64,000 nt of DNA from Octopus vulgaris (GCA_951406725.2 OX597832.1:65472001-65536000); one strand, 5' to 3'; counted from the first letter of the stretch, positions 39,383-55,925 are shown. Notes: a model not told the origin generated them from the letters alone. Numbers and translations: made by a program.

Positions 39383-42300
39383 AGGCAAAACTTAGAATCG
39401 GTTGCTTGAATGTGAGAGGCCTCGGGTCACCATGGAAACAGGGTCACCTGTTAAACGCCTGAGGTTTCATGATGTGGATGTAGCAGCCATCAGTGAAACC
39501 AGGCTCTCCGACCCGCAGGAACTCGCAGCCCTTTTCGGCGGATACGAGATATTTCTATCTCCGTGTCGGCCGGGAGCGGGCGGTGGTGGTACTGCGGTGT
39601 TGTTTCGGAAGGGCCTGGACTTGAAAATAAGGACAGTCTTTCTGGATCCGGAAGGTAAGTCGGTGGTCCTCAACGTAGACGGTAGTGACGGCGGTGCTTT
39701 CAGACTGCTGGCTGCCTTCGCTCCGACAGGAGCAGGGCAGTCGGATTATTTCAAACATCTGGAAGTTTTCCTTGGAACGTCACGCACTCTAGTGCTAGTT
39801 GGGGATTGGAACGCTGTCTTAGACAAACGTTTCGATCGGGTGGGCAGGGGAGCGTCTGATAGGAGAGGAGGGTTCAAGAGCCTCGCCAACCTACTCGGAC
39901 GCTTTCAGCTGTCCGACAGGTTTCGACTAGACAACCCGAATGTGCCAATGTGGACTTGGACCAATCGCATCGGGTCGTCTAGATCGTACTTAGAGTGTTT
40001 TGTAGGCCAGTGGATAAAGACAGCATAGGGTGTCCAGAATTCCACCTAGTCGACTACACGGACCACAAATTCGTGATCTGTACGGTCGACTTAGATAGGC
40101 TACATAGACAGGCACCCGGATACTGGAAGCTGAACGCGCCGTTAACGGCGTGCAAAGCTTACAGAGACCGGATTAGTTTACTAGTTAAGCGGGCGCTCAC
40201 GGGGGCAATCATCAACAACAACTGGTGGTTTGCCCTCAATAGAGCAATTAGAGTAGTGTCGATTAGGTTTAGTAAGACTCTAGCTATTGAACGTAGGAAG
40301 AGAGAGCGGGATTTAGTTTAGAAACTAGACGAGGCTCTTGAGACTGGTATCGCGACCGACGTGTTGGCGGCAAGGATGGCCCTCGACCAACACTTTGACG
40401 CCAAACACGAAGGCTGCGTTGTCAGAGCTAAGACACGTTCGTTAAGCGGGGAGGGGACTAGAGCCGCTCGATGGGCCCGCGTGGCGGAGGCGAAGCGAGG
40501 CAACAAAGCAACCATTCGGTCTTTGGTGGACCAGAACGGGTGCGAGGTTACCGAACCGAAGCAGATGTGTACGGTGCTTCAGCGGCACTTTGCTCAACTG
40601 TTTGGGACGAGCGGTGGAACGCACAATGGTGCAGACTTCGGTGTGTACCTGGACGGCCTACCGCAACTCTCGGACAGCGAGGCAGAGTGCTGTGAAGGAC
40701 CGATATCTGCCTGGGAAGTGGAGGAACCGATGAAGAGTTGCACGAGAGGTAGATCGCCGTGTTTGGATGGTCTGCCCCACGAGCTTTACACTTCAATGCC
40801 AGACTTGCTTGCGGGCCTGTTGGCAAACGTCTAATGCAACTGGCAGCAAAACGGGAGAATTCCTGCTTTTGTCTGTCGAGGGGTGGTGGCTTTGCTAAAA
40901 AGGACCCAAACAAGGGGGACGTTATAGGGAATTTTCGGCCCATCACTCTGCTCAATGCAGAGTTGAAGATTTTGGCCAAGGTGCTAGCCAAGAGATTGGC
41001 GCTTAATGTGGACAAGCTGGTCGGCAAGACGCAGACATGCGCCGTGCCGACCAGGTCGATACACGACAACTTCCATCTCATGCGCTACATCATAGAGAGG
41101 GTGGGTAACGACGCTGGCGCGGGTGGGGCTTTGATCAACTTAGATAAGAGTAAAGCCTTCGATAGGGTCGACCATCGGTACCTGGCAGCTGTTCTCAAGG
41201 CAGTCGGCTTCGGTCCAGTCTTCCGCGGGTGGATCGCTGCTTTATACAGCAACATCTGCTCGGTGATACGGGTGAACGGTCACCTTTCCGAACCGTTCCA
41301 CATCTCGCGTTCGGTCCGCCAAGGATGCCCTCTCTCCTCCCTCTTGTACATATTGACTCTCGAGCCATTACTGCGCAAGTTGGAGGCTTTGAGGGGTATC
41401 CCGCGCGATCTAGTAGGAAGAAACAGCGTGTCTGCCTATGCCGACGACGTCACCGTGATGGTGTCGAGCCACAGGCACATTGGCCTGATTGGCGAGACAC
41501 TAAACGAGTACGAAGCGATGACAGGGGCAAAGATTAACGCGGAAAAGTCTGTGGGCTTGCAACTGGGCACCTGGAGAGGCAAGCCCATGCCGTCCAACAG
41601 CGTCGTAGGGCGCTGGACAGACGGACCCGTTAAACTGCTCGGGGTCTGGTTCGGTCCGGACCTCCAGGTGGATAAAAACTGGGAAGAGGTGACGAGCAAG
41701 GTGGCACGTCTCACCCAGAAATGGGCCGAGAGGAAGCTGTCCCTGAAAGGTCGAGCGGAGGTGGCGAATGCGTACATCGCATCCGTCATCTATTACCGCT
41801 TGACCGTCGTCCCTTGTCCCAACCGCTGGTTGGCCAAACTGGTACGCCTGCTCTTCGACTTTTTGTAGAAGGGTCAGGTGCCACTGGTCAGGCGATCCAT
41901 CTGCTGTCAACGACCGCTGAACGGAGGCCTTGGAATGCCGTGGTTACTGATGCGCAGACATGCGCTCAGGTGTAGTCGTCTTTTGTCAGACGCGTCTTTC
42001 CGCAGCTCGTCTCTTTGACAGAGCTGCAGACCTAGCTCAAACGTAGACCGAGAAAGGGCGCTTGGCACCTCGAGTGCCGTCAAGCTCTCTTCGCCCTCCG
42101 CCAGGCGAGCAATGCGATCGGTTGCAGCTCCACTCTAGCGTTCTATAGAGGGTTAGTGGAGGAAAAATGCGACGACGTTCTCGGGGAAACTCTAGGCGTT
42201 GACGATAACGAACTGAGCGGTCTGTTCGGAAGGACTTTCGGGCCAGGGCCAATGGATAATTTCCAGAGGTCGCTCGCCTGGCAGTGCTACCGAGGGGCTC

Positions 42301-42767
42301 TGCCTGTTCGGGATAAACTCTACCGGCATGGAAGTGCCGTCAGCCGGGCCTGCCCGAGGTGTTGCCAGGACGACGAAACCGTTCTGCACGCACTCGTCCA
42401 GTGCCCGAGTATTGCTGAACTATGGGTATATGTCGAACAGCTACTGTCACGTGTAGGACGGATCCGGCTATCAGCCGAATCCATAGTGAAGATTGCCCCG
42501 CCGACCTACTTTAACAAGGAGGGCGAGGCCGTTTTCTTGTGCCTAGTGGCTGTGGCGAAAGAGGTTGTATGTTGGACCCGTTTGAAAGGGCTAAAGTCAG
42601 ACACTTTCCTCTTTGGTCAAGGCCTCATCAACTTTTTCAAGTTTCGCTTGAAAAGGAAGATAAGGTTAGAGAGGAGAGTGCTGTCCGATAGCAAGTTTTC
42701 TGAATGGTGGGTGAATTGTGCGAGAATGGCCAGTATAAATGGAGCAGTTGTCAGGTTTCGCCTGTGA
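39383..42767 (+). pseudogene. Tx1-type ORF2 (APE endonuclease + reverse transcriptase + C-terminal Zn motif), several stops and frameshifts
   Basis: LRIGCLNVRGL, ISETR, LVGDWNAVLD, DYTDHK and GYWKLN (APE side); NFRPITLLNAELKILAK, LDKSKAFDRVDH, SVRQGCPLS and AYADDVT (RT); CPRCCQDDETVLHALVQC. Confidence 0.92.
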
Positions 42768-43082
42768 TTCAAAAAGGTACAATAAAAGGAAGAAAGGGAC
42801 TCTCTACCCCCCTTTTGACCAGGCTCCCGTTGGCTTTTATGGGTTTTTTTCCACCAGGAACCTTTCAAAAGCGCCACCCAATATTGGGAGTTTTTCGTTG
42901 TTATATTGTTTGATTGTTACAATGTTTTTACACGATTTTTTCACAAACGGACAAAACCCTTTGTAACCTTTCGTCCTGTTTTGTCCCTTTATGTTTTCTA
43001 ATCATGTGTGTCAGTCCTTGTGGCCAATAAAAAGAATTAATTATTATTATTATTATTATTTTTATTATCATTATCATTATCA

Positions 43083-43121
<39 letters not shown>

Positions 43122-43123
43122 GT

Positions 43124-43166
<43 letters not shown>

Positions 43167-43167
43167 C

Positions 43168-43244
<77 letters not shown>

Positions 43245-43283
43245 GTATTATTATTTTTATTATTATTAATATTATTATTATTA

Positions 43284-43705
<422 letters not shown>

Positions 43706-43706
43706 T

Positions 43707-44252
43707 GAGTGAGAGATCAGCGCATGCCAAGAAAGTGACACTGGAGTAGAAATATACGAAGCCCACTATACCCATCATGATTACCCGTCTGCTAAGGGCA
43801 CATGTATCGTAACAGGCACATGAGTAACAACAATATGTGCCCGACATGGTGATCTTATATCAAGGTAAACAGAGCATGAACTTGCATGTGGCACTCAGTT
43901 AGAATTTCTCTCAGGTTGAGTAGCCCATTAATGTCAAAATGTCACTTAATAAGGTGTTTTTAAGGATGATGAGCAAAATACTCATATTTGCAGAGCTAAA
44001 TTATCCAAACCTAAATTAATTCCTCTCATCATATAGTTATGATGCTCCCCCCCCACTGGTTCTGCTCGTGATCAGAGATGCACATATCGTCAGCCACCAG
44101 GGGACATGCTCAACTGGTTAAGGTCAAACAACTGACAAGCAAAGCTGTGGTATTGAGAAGAATATATGCTGTAACCCATCTTATCATACCAAGATAAAAC
44201 AATGTACTTGATAACATTTCCAATCAGTTAGGATTAAAGCCATGAGAGCCAT
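43707..44252 (-). repeat. Unclassified TAA-associated repeat, uninterrupted ~550-bp copy
   Basis: Collinear with 4069-4469 plus 5966-6076; no ORF; (AAT)n at the minus-strand 3' end. Confidence 0.8.
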
Positions 44253-44285
44253 CGTTATTATTATGCATCAGAGCATAATAATAAC

Positions 44286-44427
<142 letters not shown>

Positions 44428-44476
44428 ATAATTATTATTATTATTATTATTATCATTATTATTATTAATATTATTA

Positions 44477-45202
44477 TTCAGTAGTTTTATTTTTATAGCG
44501 TGCATTCACTTCACTACCGTGAGCAGCTCTGTGAGCCTTGGGTATGTGCTGTGGTTTGTTGTGATGCTCTCATGGTTATTGTATGGAAACTGTTCTGCGT
44601 AGGGTGTGTGCAGTGCCTAGAAGTGCAATTTTCCGTATGTTAAATGTGTTTGTAAGTCCTGGTGTCTTTGTTATGTATTTGTCTGATTTTTTTTTTATGA
44701 TGCCTAATGCACCTACTATGATAGGAATTGTTTCTGTTTTTAGATTCCACATTCTGGTAACTTCTGTTTCCAGGTCTTTGTATTTTGAAAGCTTCTCCAT
44801 TTCTTTTAGAGACACGTTGTCATCTGCTGGTATTGATACATCAATTAGAAAGCATTTTGTTTTTTCATGATCTCTGACAACTATATCTGGTCTGTTGGCC
44901 TCAATTTCTCTATCTGTGTGTATTGGCATATCCCAGAGTATGGTTGCTTTCTCGTTTTCTGTGACCTTTTCTGGTGTGTGCCTATACCATTTTTTTTCTG
45001 TTGTTATTCCATAATGTTGGCATAGCTTCCAGTGTATGTAGGTCCCAACTCTGTCGTGTCTGTGAATATATTCTTTCTTAGCCAGGACTGGGCAGCCAGA
45101 GATAATATGATTTATTGTTTCTAGTCCATCTCCACATATTCTGCAGTTGTTATATTTCTTTTCATTACATGTTTTCGGTAATTTCTGGTGGGAAGGCTTT
45201 GG

Positions 45203-45204
<2 letters not shown>
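44477..45204 (-). mobile_element. Young 5'-truncated R4/Dong-type LINE (CCHC + restriction-like endonuclease)
   Basis: CRICGDGLETINHIISGC, RHD, WDMPIHTDREIEANRPDIVV, LIDVSIP, EMEKLSKYKDL and LGTAHTLRR lie in one open frame. Confidence 0.92.
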
Positions 45205-46277
<1,073 letters not shown>

Positions 46278-46293
46278 TTATTATTATTATTAA

Positions 46294-46330
<37 letters not shown>

Positions 46331-47998
46331 TTCAGTACTCTGACTTTTATCACATGCTTCAGCTGCACTACCTAGCTCAGCTCTGTGTGCTTTGAGCATG
46401 TGCTCTGGTTTGTGATGATATTCTTACTGTTACTGTATTAAAAGTGTTTTAGGTAGGATGTGTGCGATGCATAGTAGTGCTATTTTCTGTATATTATATA
46501 TACTTGTTAGTTCTAGTTTTCTTGTTATGTATTTTGCTGTATATTTTCTTATACCTAATGCACCTACTATTATAGGAATTGTTTCTGTTCTTAGACTCCA
46601 CATTCGAATTACCTCTATTACCAGATCTTTGTATTGTGAAAGTTTCTCCGTTTCATTTAGAGAAACATTGTCATCTGTTGTTATTGATACGTAGATTAGA
46701 AATGATGTTTTCTGCTTCGTCTCTGACAACTATATCCAGCCTATTGGCCTTAATTTCTCTACCTGTGTGAAATGGCATATCCCACAGTATCGTTGCTTTC
46801 TCATTTTCTGTGACCTTTTCTCGCGTGTGCCTATAGCATTCTTTTTCGGTTTTTCCATAATGTTGGCATAGCTTCCAGTGTATATAGGTCCCAACCCTGT
46901 CATGTATGTAAATATATTCCTTCTTAGCTACGGCTGGGCATACAGAGACAATAAGATTTCATGTTTCTTCTCCATTTTAACATATTCTGCAGTTAGTTGT
47001 TGTATTTGTTTTCATTACATGCTTTTGGTGTTTTTTTGTTGGGAAATATTTTATCTTATGCTGCGATTAAAAATCCTTCAGTCTCTGCTTTCAAACCCTG
47101 ATCTTCTCAGCCATTGTTGAGATTTTGCTTTGTCTATTCATTTTCTGTTTAGTCGAATCCATTATTTGCCATGGGTAGGATTTCCGTTGCTGTTCCAGTT
47201 TCAGTTTGGATTTCATTTGTTTTACAGCTTTTGTTGTTTCTTCTTTTTCTTTGTACTTGTTAGGTACCATGACTTCTTTTTTGTATTAGTCAGATTTCTT
47301 AAAGATAGAAAACAACTTTTTGCTTTGCTTGTGATTTGTGCCTATTTGTATCAGTTTCCTGGCTTCTGAAGTAGTAATTTTTGTAGTCCAGTGGTGATTC
47401 TACAGTAGCCTTTTAACTGTATAAGGCCTCTACCACATTCTATACGTTGTATATATAACATTTCTATATCATATTTTGGTTGGTGCATCCTAAATCCTGT
47501 ATTTATTTTTCTTGTTTCCGTGTCTATTCTGATTAGTTTATTTAGAGTCCAATTAAGAATATTGTAGCTGTAACATAATTGGGATGGCTAGAGTGTTGCT
47601 ACGTATTGTGTGTTTTCGCATTGTGTTCTGTTTTCAGTATTAATCTTACTCGTCTCTAATATTCTTGTCTTCTTTTTCATTTGTGTGTGTTGTATCGTAT
47701 CTAGTTCATCGATTCCTAATTAATTGTAAGTCTGGCTTACATTTCTCTTATTTCGTTTGCTTTATCTAGGGTGATGCTGCTACTCTTAACTAGTTTTCCT
47801 CTTTTCAAGGTTGCTTTGGCACATTTTTCTAAGCCAGATTTCATCTTTATTTCTTTCGTGAATCCATGTACTGCCTGTAGTAGTGCTTGCAGTTGTTCAT
47901 CATTTCTAGCGTTCAGTTTTAGATCATCCATACATAAGAGGTGGCAGATTGTTTTGCCGTGACAGCTGTATCTACATCCAGCTCTCTTTAGGATGTCA
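46331..47998 (-). mobile_element. Decayed R4/Dong-type LINE from the RT core to the 3' UTR
   Basis: HLLCMDDLKL...GLEKCAK (YMDD-type RT motif), MHQPKYDIEMLYIQR, KLSQYKDL..TIPIIVGALG and IAHILPKTLLIQ. Confidence 0.85.
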
Positions 47999-48081
47999 AA
48001 TAATTGTTATCATCAGCATCGTCGTCGTCGCCGTCGTCCTCATTATCATCATCATCATCATCATTATCATCGTCATGATCG

Positions 48082-48158
<77 letters not shown>

Positions 48159-48159
48159 G

Positions 48160-48232
<73 letters not shown>

Positions 48233-48256
48233 CATCATTATTATTATTATTATTAT

Positions 48257-48560
48257 TGCCTTTGCACAGCTTCTAACGCTGGAGATGTACTACAGTGTCA
48301 GCTGTTCACTACCAGTGAAGTAAGGAAACATCTTTTATTTTTTGAGCACCTTCTCAGTATTCGAGCCGTTCCAAGCACAAGCAATGCTGCTTACTGCAAG
48401 TGCTTCAACTTTCTTGCAGCCCCTATTTTTTCCATGTACTTCTCGGGGATTTTGCCCACTATTCTCAGGGCTTCGAGAATTATTGGTACTACTGCCACCT
48501 TTTTCATCGATCACAACTTCTCTACTATCCCAAGCTCTACTATCCCAAGTCATATCTCTC
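48257..48560 (-). mobile_element. R4/Dong-type LINE 3' fragment, different subfamily
   Basis: KKVAVVPIILEALRIVGKIPEKYMEKIG...LGTARILRR, followed on the minus strand by a 3' UTR and (AAT)n. Confidence 0.75.
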
Positions 48561-48939
48561 GACTTTTCCTTTTTCCTTATCGCATACCTTGTTGTCAGCT
48601 TACTTAGATATGGTTTAAAGTGGACACTCACACATACGTAAGAATGATTGCACCCATGAATACAAAAGAGAGATGTGTTGGTGCAAACATAGAAGAATCG
48701 TACATGTATCTCCGCTTCCACATCTTCATTTATTCATACTGACATATGTACGAAAGTAAGGAAATATCTTTGCTTAAGCCTTATTGCTTTGTTAGTGTGC
48801 GGGTTATATTCTTCAAAGAAGAAACTCCAAAATCCAAGGACACAAAAGATATAAACATACATATGCACACAAACACACATATAGATAAATAATGCATAAA
48901 TACATATATACATACATACTTACATACGTACATACATGC

Positions 48940-48985
<46 letters not shown>

Positions 48986-49778
48986 AGGTGAATGGATATT
49001 CATTGAACCACGTGACTTTCATACTGCAATAGGCGTTTGAAAACCATCTTTGTGTAATATTAATTCCTTATGAATATACAATTGTATATTCATAAATTAA
49101 TGCATCGTTCGTCATCCGATCTGGGGAACATCATTGTTACTCAGTGGAGTGTTTGCCGAATCTGCCAGACGAGCTTTCTGAGATCGCTGCACAGTTCCTC
49201 TAAATCCTCATCTTATGATACACATTTACAGACTATCTTCCTACCTACCCACCTACCTACCTACCTACCGACCTACCTACCTACTTATCTACCTAAACAC
49301 CCACCCACCTATCTACACATCCATGTACCTACCCACCCACCTAACTAACTACGTAGCTATCCACCCACCTACATACATACATACATACAGAAACACATGT
49401 ATACATAAATACGCCCATAGACACATATATAGGCACACGTATATTGTCTATTTTCTGATTTATCTTCGAGACAAACCTGTTCGTTTAATACGAATAATTT
49501 GTGTTGTGAAATATTTAATTCATTGAAGCTTCTATAGTAATAGCCGTCGAGGTTAGAATCAGAGACTGGACATAGTTTAGAAGAGTGGTATTTTATAGGA
49601 ATTACTCGTTATAGTACCGGGAATTAAATTTTCACAGTGGATGAACATCAAACGATATATTCTGTTTTAATAGAGGCTGGTCTTTATTGTATCAAGTATT
49701 TCTCTTACATCGACATATATTCCTCTCTATATATATTCTAAGCTTGGTTTCTCTCACAGTATGGATGAATACACACAC

Positions 49779-49832
<54 letters not shown>

Positions 49833-49935
49833 TATATTTTATGTAAATATGAACGTATCCATCTCTCTCTCTCTCTCTCACTCTCTCTCTCTCTATCTAT
49901 ATATGAATGTGAATGTGTAGAGATATTTATACGCG

Positions 49936-49985
<50 letters not shown>

Positions 49986-50077
49986 CGTGCGTGTGCGTGT
50001 GTATAGGCATATATATATATATTTATATATATGTGTGTATATAAATATGTATATATTTTTATGTGTGTATATATATG

Positions 50078-50127
<50 letters not shown>

Positions 50128-51049
50128 GTTATGTATTTATATACACACATACACATACATACATCGTCTGAGAGTCAATTAGTCAGGAAAAATGCACCCG
50201 TATATCTATCAATAGATTGGGTATATTAATCGAAGTGTACAATATTAGATATCCATAAAGGCAGATCTTACCAACCGGTTTTGTGCTAAGGATTTAACTG
50301 AGTGTTAGGTAACTGTCTGATTATGTGTCCCAGCACTCAACAGAGGAAGCTTTTATTGAATGAAATAACGGCTATCTCTGATGAGCGCAAGTTATATAAT
50401 CAAACTGTTGCATAATATTATGTTGAATCCCCAGTCCGAAACCGAACGATAATATCGACTGCAATGAATATATAATACTGTACACTTCGTTAAATATATA
50501 TTGACACACACACATACACACCCCCATGCACACCCACCCACCCACACACACATATATATCATTCGTGTGTATGAATGTACAGCTCATTGACCAGAAATAG
50601 AAGACAACATGCGAGAGAGAGGGACCAGATTTACCGAATAATCTATTACTTTAATTCGGAAGGAAAATCGTGACAATTTGTCCTTCATTAGAAAAAAAAC
50701 CAAAAAAAAAAAGAATAAAATGTGACAATGAGGAGGAAATTTGAGAAGGAGAGGAACACAATTTTGCGGGATGAGATTGAAATCAGTAGACAAAAATGAA
50801 AGAAAACTGAAGGACAAGTTTCAATGAATGTGTACTGGTTTCTCTGTAATTGAAGCCAATTTAACTTACGTATCATATTGAATACATAAGTCGCTATCTA
50901 TTCCATTGACATATGTAGCCATGACATAATTCTCAAGTATGACATATATGTAAACGCTAAATATTAGTGCTATATGTGCTATTCCTACGACAAGTACATT
51001 TTCAATTACCTATATTTTAGAGCTAAGTCTATAATCCTATCATGTGGTG

Positions 51050-51300
51050 CTATGTAGTTAGATATGGTCTGGACCAATCTTTAGTTGAAACATATCTAGG
51101 TTTTATCATATCGAATAGCCATGATTTTTTATGATTGCTAATGAAGCTGTTTAAACATTGGATCATACTCTGTACCATCGTATTAAATTTGTTCGGTAAC
51201 GGAACCTCGGATTTACATATTGCATACAGTATTGTAATCTGACGGTCTACGTGAATTGCAACGTCTTTGACTGGACAATTGATCAAAGCATTTCTTTCCC
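51050..51300 (-). mobile_element. Possible very old RTE-type RT remnant
   Basis: VDRQITILYAICKSEVPLPNKFNTMVQSM loosely resembles the RTE RT VDR..LW.IL.K.G.P.KF..MV motif. Weak. Confidence 0.25.
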
Positions 51301-52609
51301 GTTTCTATCGCTGTTATGTAGGTTATATTTTATTATATCACAGCTTGATACCGTGTGCACTGAAACCCTCGTTGACAAGTTGATGATCTGAAACAGAGTG
51401 ATAAGTATTTAGAGGAAGCAATGTAGTAGCATTAGTTATTTGAAGTTACTGGATTTCCCGTGCATATAAACAGAGTGGCCAATATGTTTTTTTTTTTTTT
51501 GAATTGGTCAAGTGATAACAACCTAATAATGTTCGAAAATCGATTCAAGCTGCACCTCATTGTTTCCATCAGCGGAGAAATTGTCAAATTGGCTCTGTTT
51601 GTATGTTTGTACATCTTCAACATAGATAAACAGATACGCGCGCATATATGTGTACGTATGTATATATGTATGTTTAGTAGCGTGTATGTGTATGTATGAG
51701 TAAATATTATGTAAGTATAAGTATGTATGTTTGAGTAAATATATACACACATACACACACGCATACACACACTTTTGTTTGTATCAGTCAAGTTTGACGC
51801 CCGTCTCAATGTTTCACTTAGCCTAGAGCTTACCACTTTCATTTACTCTAGATCAGTCGCTCTCATATCTCTGATAACTTCAAATATTTAGCTGGCTTCG
51901 TAAACCGAGTTTCCTGTGTTGTGTTAAAACTTCAAAACGTTTAACGAAAGAAGTAAAAACAAATGTAGAAGAAATTCTACGAAGTTTAGCACCAACAAAT
52001 TGCAGCATTGAAAACAAAAATACACAGATGGATTGCTGAAGGTTATAACATTTAAATTATACAAGCAACCTTTGCTTGCTTTTTTTTCTCCCAGGTAATA
52101 ACGTGTTATGTTTGTATTTACGCATTGCTAGACTATTCTTAAGGCTGTTTTATTCATCGGAGTAAACATATGTATTTGGTTCTTAGGATTTACAATATTA
52201 TCAACAATTACAAGAGGGAAAATATTTTTTTCAGATGATTGGAGAAGAGGACAGATTCTGAAAAATATCTTGAACATATAATCTATTGAATTGACCTAAC
52301 TTTATACAATGCAATTATTATATAGAACCCAATTTACTGTACAATATAATATGACTTTACATGTTCTGCCACAAGGGTTCAATTTAAGAATATATAATTT
52401 AACGAAAATAATCAGTACATCATGAAAATACAATCATTGAATAGACCGAAATGGCTTACGTGCAGGTGAAGACAATTGAGCAAATTGCGATGAAGAACAA
52501 ATTCTCACAACAACGCCATCAAATAACCCTAAAGAAGAAACGTAAAAGGAAATAGGATAAATAGTTTAGTTTTGTCTTTTGCATTTTACTTTTTCAATCA
52601 TTGGACTCT

Positions 52610-52740
52610 ATCGAACTCACTCACACGCCGTTGGTCTACTTTGGACTATAATAGAAGATACTTGTTCAATGTGCCGCGCAGTGACATTGAATCCAACCGC
52701 ATGACTGCAAATCGACCACCTTAAGCATAAAAGCCATTAA
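52610..52740 (-). mobile_element. SINE family A 5' fragment, degenerate
   Basis: ACTCAC...ACTATAATAGAAGATACTTGTTCAATGTGCCGCGCAGTGACATTGAATCC. Confidence 0.6.
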
Positions 52741-53696
52741 TTTGAAAGATAAATTGGTGGCTGTTGAAAACGATTCTTCTTTTAACAAGACATCGTCAGT
52801 GTGAAGGTTCAGATTGTATTTAAGAGATTAGTCTGTCTAATATAAAACGTAGGCGGTACTGAGCTTATTTATTTTGAACATCTCTCCATGTGAAGTGTCT
52901 CTTTGAGGACATTGCATAATTCTGACATTATTTACAGTATATGAATAAACCGACTCTGTTATGTCTGCTTGAATATGTATTCTGATTTTGCCTAAGACTG
53001 GTCAGCCAGAAGCTATGATATCGATTATATTTTACAGCTTTTAGTGCAAGTCCTCAGAGTCAATGTTGCAAGATTGATGTATCCATTTATGCCAGGTTTG
53101 TGAAGAATTGGTCATGCAGTGTATTTGTGGTAATTATAATCTCTATGCAACGGCCTTTGAGGTGGTGTATATACTAAATGATGTCATTATTGTTTTCCTG
53201 TCTCGTCCTGATATTTCACTTAGCTTCCAGTTGAGAATTTCGTACGTTATTACTGAGGAAGTTAAATTATTTAGTTATATTATCTTCTTTTTAGCATTTA
53301 GTTCAATTTTATGTATTAATCTAATGCGTCTGTAATGTGGTTTCATAAATATTTATCTTTCATCCATATGTGTTGTTCGAGATCTATTGATTTCTATGTA
53401 AGTCTAAGCTGACTTTTATCGAGTCACTTGTTGTTCCTTCAAATCGCATATATTCCATTTCACTTTTGATTGGTGCGTAAAAAAAATATTACTTCCATGC
53501 TAATTTCCCTACTCACTCATGCACCACATATAAGGGGATTCCGCGTTTTGGTAACATGCTGCAGTTATTCACAATGTATATACATACGAACAGACATACA
53601 TAAGCACAATTTTGTCACGTATATATAAACTCATACTTACACATATATAAGAGGCTTCAGATTTAGCACCCTTTTATATACTGTAGACCACTCCAC

Positions 53697-53779
<83 letters not shown>

Positions 53780-53904
53780 CAGAGAGAGAGAGAGAGAGAG
53801 ATAGAGAAAGGAGAAAAAGGGTAGGATAGAAATATAGATTGATAGCTAGGTAAAGATACATATACATATATATCTGCATACATAACTTCTTATATTTATA
53901 CATG

Positions 53905-53952
<48 letters not shown>

Positions 53953-54049
53953 TATATATATATATATAAAGTAAATCCAAACATGAAATCACGAAGAGAA
54001 AACACAACAAATCGAGAACGTAAGACAAGTATATATATATATGAAGTTT

Positions 54050-54550
54050 AGTTTAGACAAAATACGTCTATGACATATTTGAAGATAACTCCCAAAGGTA
54101 AATACACTGCAGTTACCATTAATAAAATAATAATAATGTTCATGGAAACCCGTATGGTTGCTCCTGGTCTTCTAGCCTTCTTCAGGGGAAAATATTGAGG
54201 AAAGATACACCCTGGTGAGATTTAAAGCTGTTAGCTTAAGTAAAGAGAGGACAATCGCTTGGCAAATTTACTGCAGTTCCCGAGGGGGCAATTTCTCTCT
54301 TATGTTAGAAGGTGGAAGAACCCCATATCTACACAGTGATTCACACTATGGGAAAATCACAAACAAACATCAGCTCTAGTTGTGTAAAAAATACACGATT
54401 CCGAGTGCTCACTATTTGCATGTAAGTGCCAGACTAGTGATTCCTTTCCTTTCGAGATGATCCAAGTACATGCGATTGATAGGCTACAATCGGGGCGAAA
54501 TATTGAAATCTACTATTCTCGATGATTCCGAGGCGAGTTGTATCGGCTAA
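54050..54550 (-). mobile_element. Possible Penelope-like 3' end (GIY-YIG tail plus degenerate hammerhead)
   Basis: The minus strand gives FSHSVNH and LQ*ICQAIVLSLLKLTALN, followed by CCC-CTGAAGA-AGGCT...AACCATA-CGGG. Degenerate. Confidence 0.35.
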
Positions 54551-54620
54551 TAGATTGATAGATAGGTAGAAAAATAGGTATATATATATACATATACACA
54601 CACAGACACACACATAGACA

Positions 54621-54709
<89 letters not shown>

Positions 54710-54711
<2 letters not shown>

Positions 54712-55020
54712 GTGCATGGCTTTAGGGGTTAGGGTATTCGGCTTGCGAGCGTAGAGACGTGAGTTCGATTCCAAGTGGCACCTTATGTTCTTGAGCAATA
54801 CACATTATTTCTAGTTCCTCCAGTGCGCTCACCAGGCAGAATTGAGCAGTTACTGTTTTTTTGAGGGCCAGCATTCTCACATTATGTGTCTCGCTGCATC
54901 TCCTTGAGAATTACCTGAAAGAGTACGCGTGTCCGTGGGGGAGTTCTCACCCACTTGCACGATAATTTCTCGAGAAAACTCTTCCATTGATCGGATCAAC
55001 TGGATCCCTCGTCGTCGTAA
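54710..55020 (+). mobile_element. tRNA-derived SINE family C
   Basis: A-box-like TGGCTTTAGGGG, B-box GAGTTCGATTCC, then TGTTCTTGAGCAATACAC...CTCCAGT, similar to conserved SINE central domains. Confidence 0.65.
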
Positions 55021-55851
55021 GCTTTCTTTAGCACTCATCGTCGTGTAGGGAACATTTCCTTGGCGCCGTCCCGCAACTAATTTCTCGTATATTCAAAACA
55101 CGTAGACCGACCGATAACCTTTTCTCTACCGGAGTTGATTTGAATTCAAAATTCAGTTCAGTTACCGAATATGTTACAGTGATTTTAATGCATTTAGAAT
55201 GAGTCATTTCTTCAGCTGATTTATTTTATGTAACAGCGTGAAAATTTAAAGAATAAGAATAAAAATTCTCTTGTAAATATCACTCATTGTGTTTCAGACC
55301 TACATTCAGAACCTCATTCTCAAGAAAGTAAATTGCGAAGCTTAATCATCTAGCTACACTTGCAGCTGATATATATTCTGAATTGGTTACTGTAAAAACT
55401 ACCAACGTAGAATTAAGTCAAAAGGTCCAATGTATCGTGGCGCGTAATATTTTATACTACTTCTAAGAAAGGTTATAATTGCTAAGAGTAATTAACACTA
55501 ATTAGTGCTGCTACATATAAGTACTTTTAAGTACTTATAAGTTTACACACTATTCGATAATTAGTTAAATCGATTGCATTATATGATGATATCAGTGTAG
55601 ATCCTGGTTCTTCGATGGCGTCTCCTTTGTGAATATACATTATCACTTAAGATATAGCGCTTATATGTATGTGTTTGCTGTAATTCGAGGAAAAATTTGT
55701 GTGCTGTTCATAGCAAGACATATGTATTTTTCTCTTTTTTACTCATTTGTTACCCATCGTGTCTCGTATCAGGAAGTCTATCATCTATCTATCTATCTAT
55801 CTATCTATCTATATGTCTATCTATATCTAAATATCCATATGTATATATATT

Positions 55852-55910
<59 letters not shown>

Positions 55911-55925
55911 GCGTGTGTGTGTGTT

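Noticed and set aside
38428-39388. Antisense ORFs (poly-C/V/G) opposite Tx1 ORF1
   Set aside because: Shadow frames of the CAA/CCA-rich ORF1.
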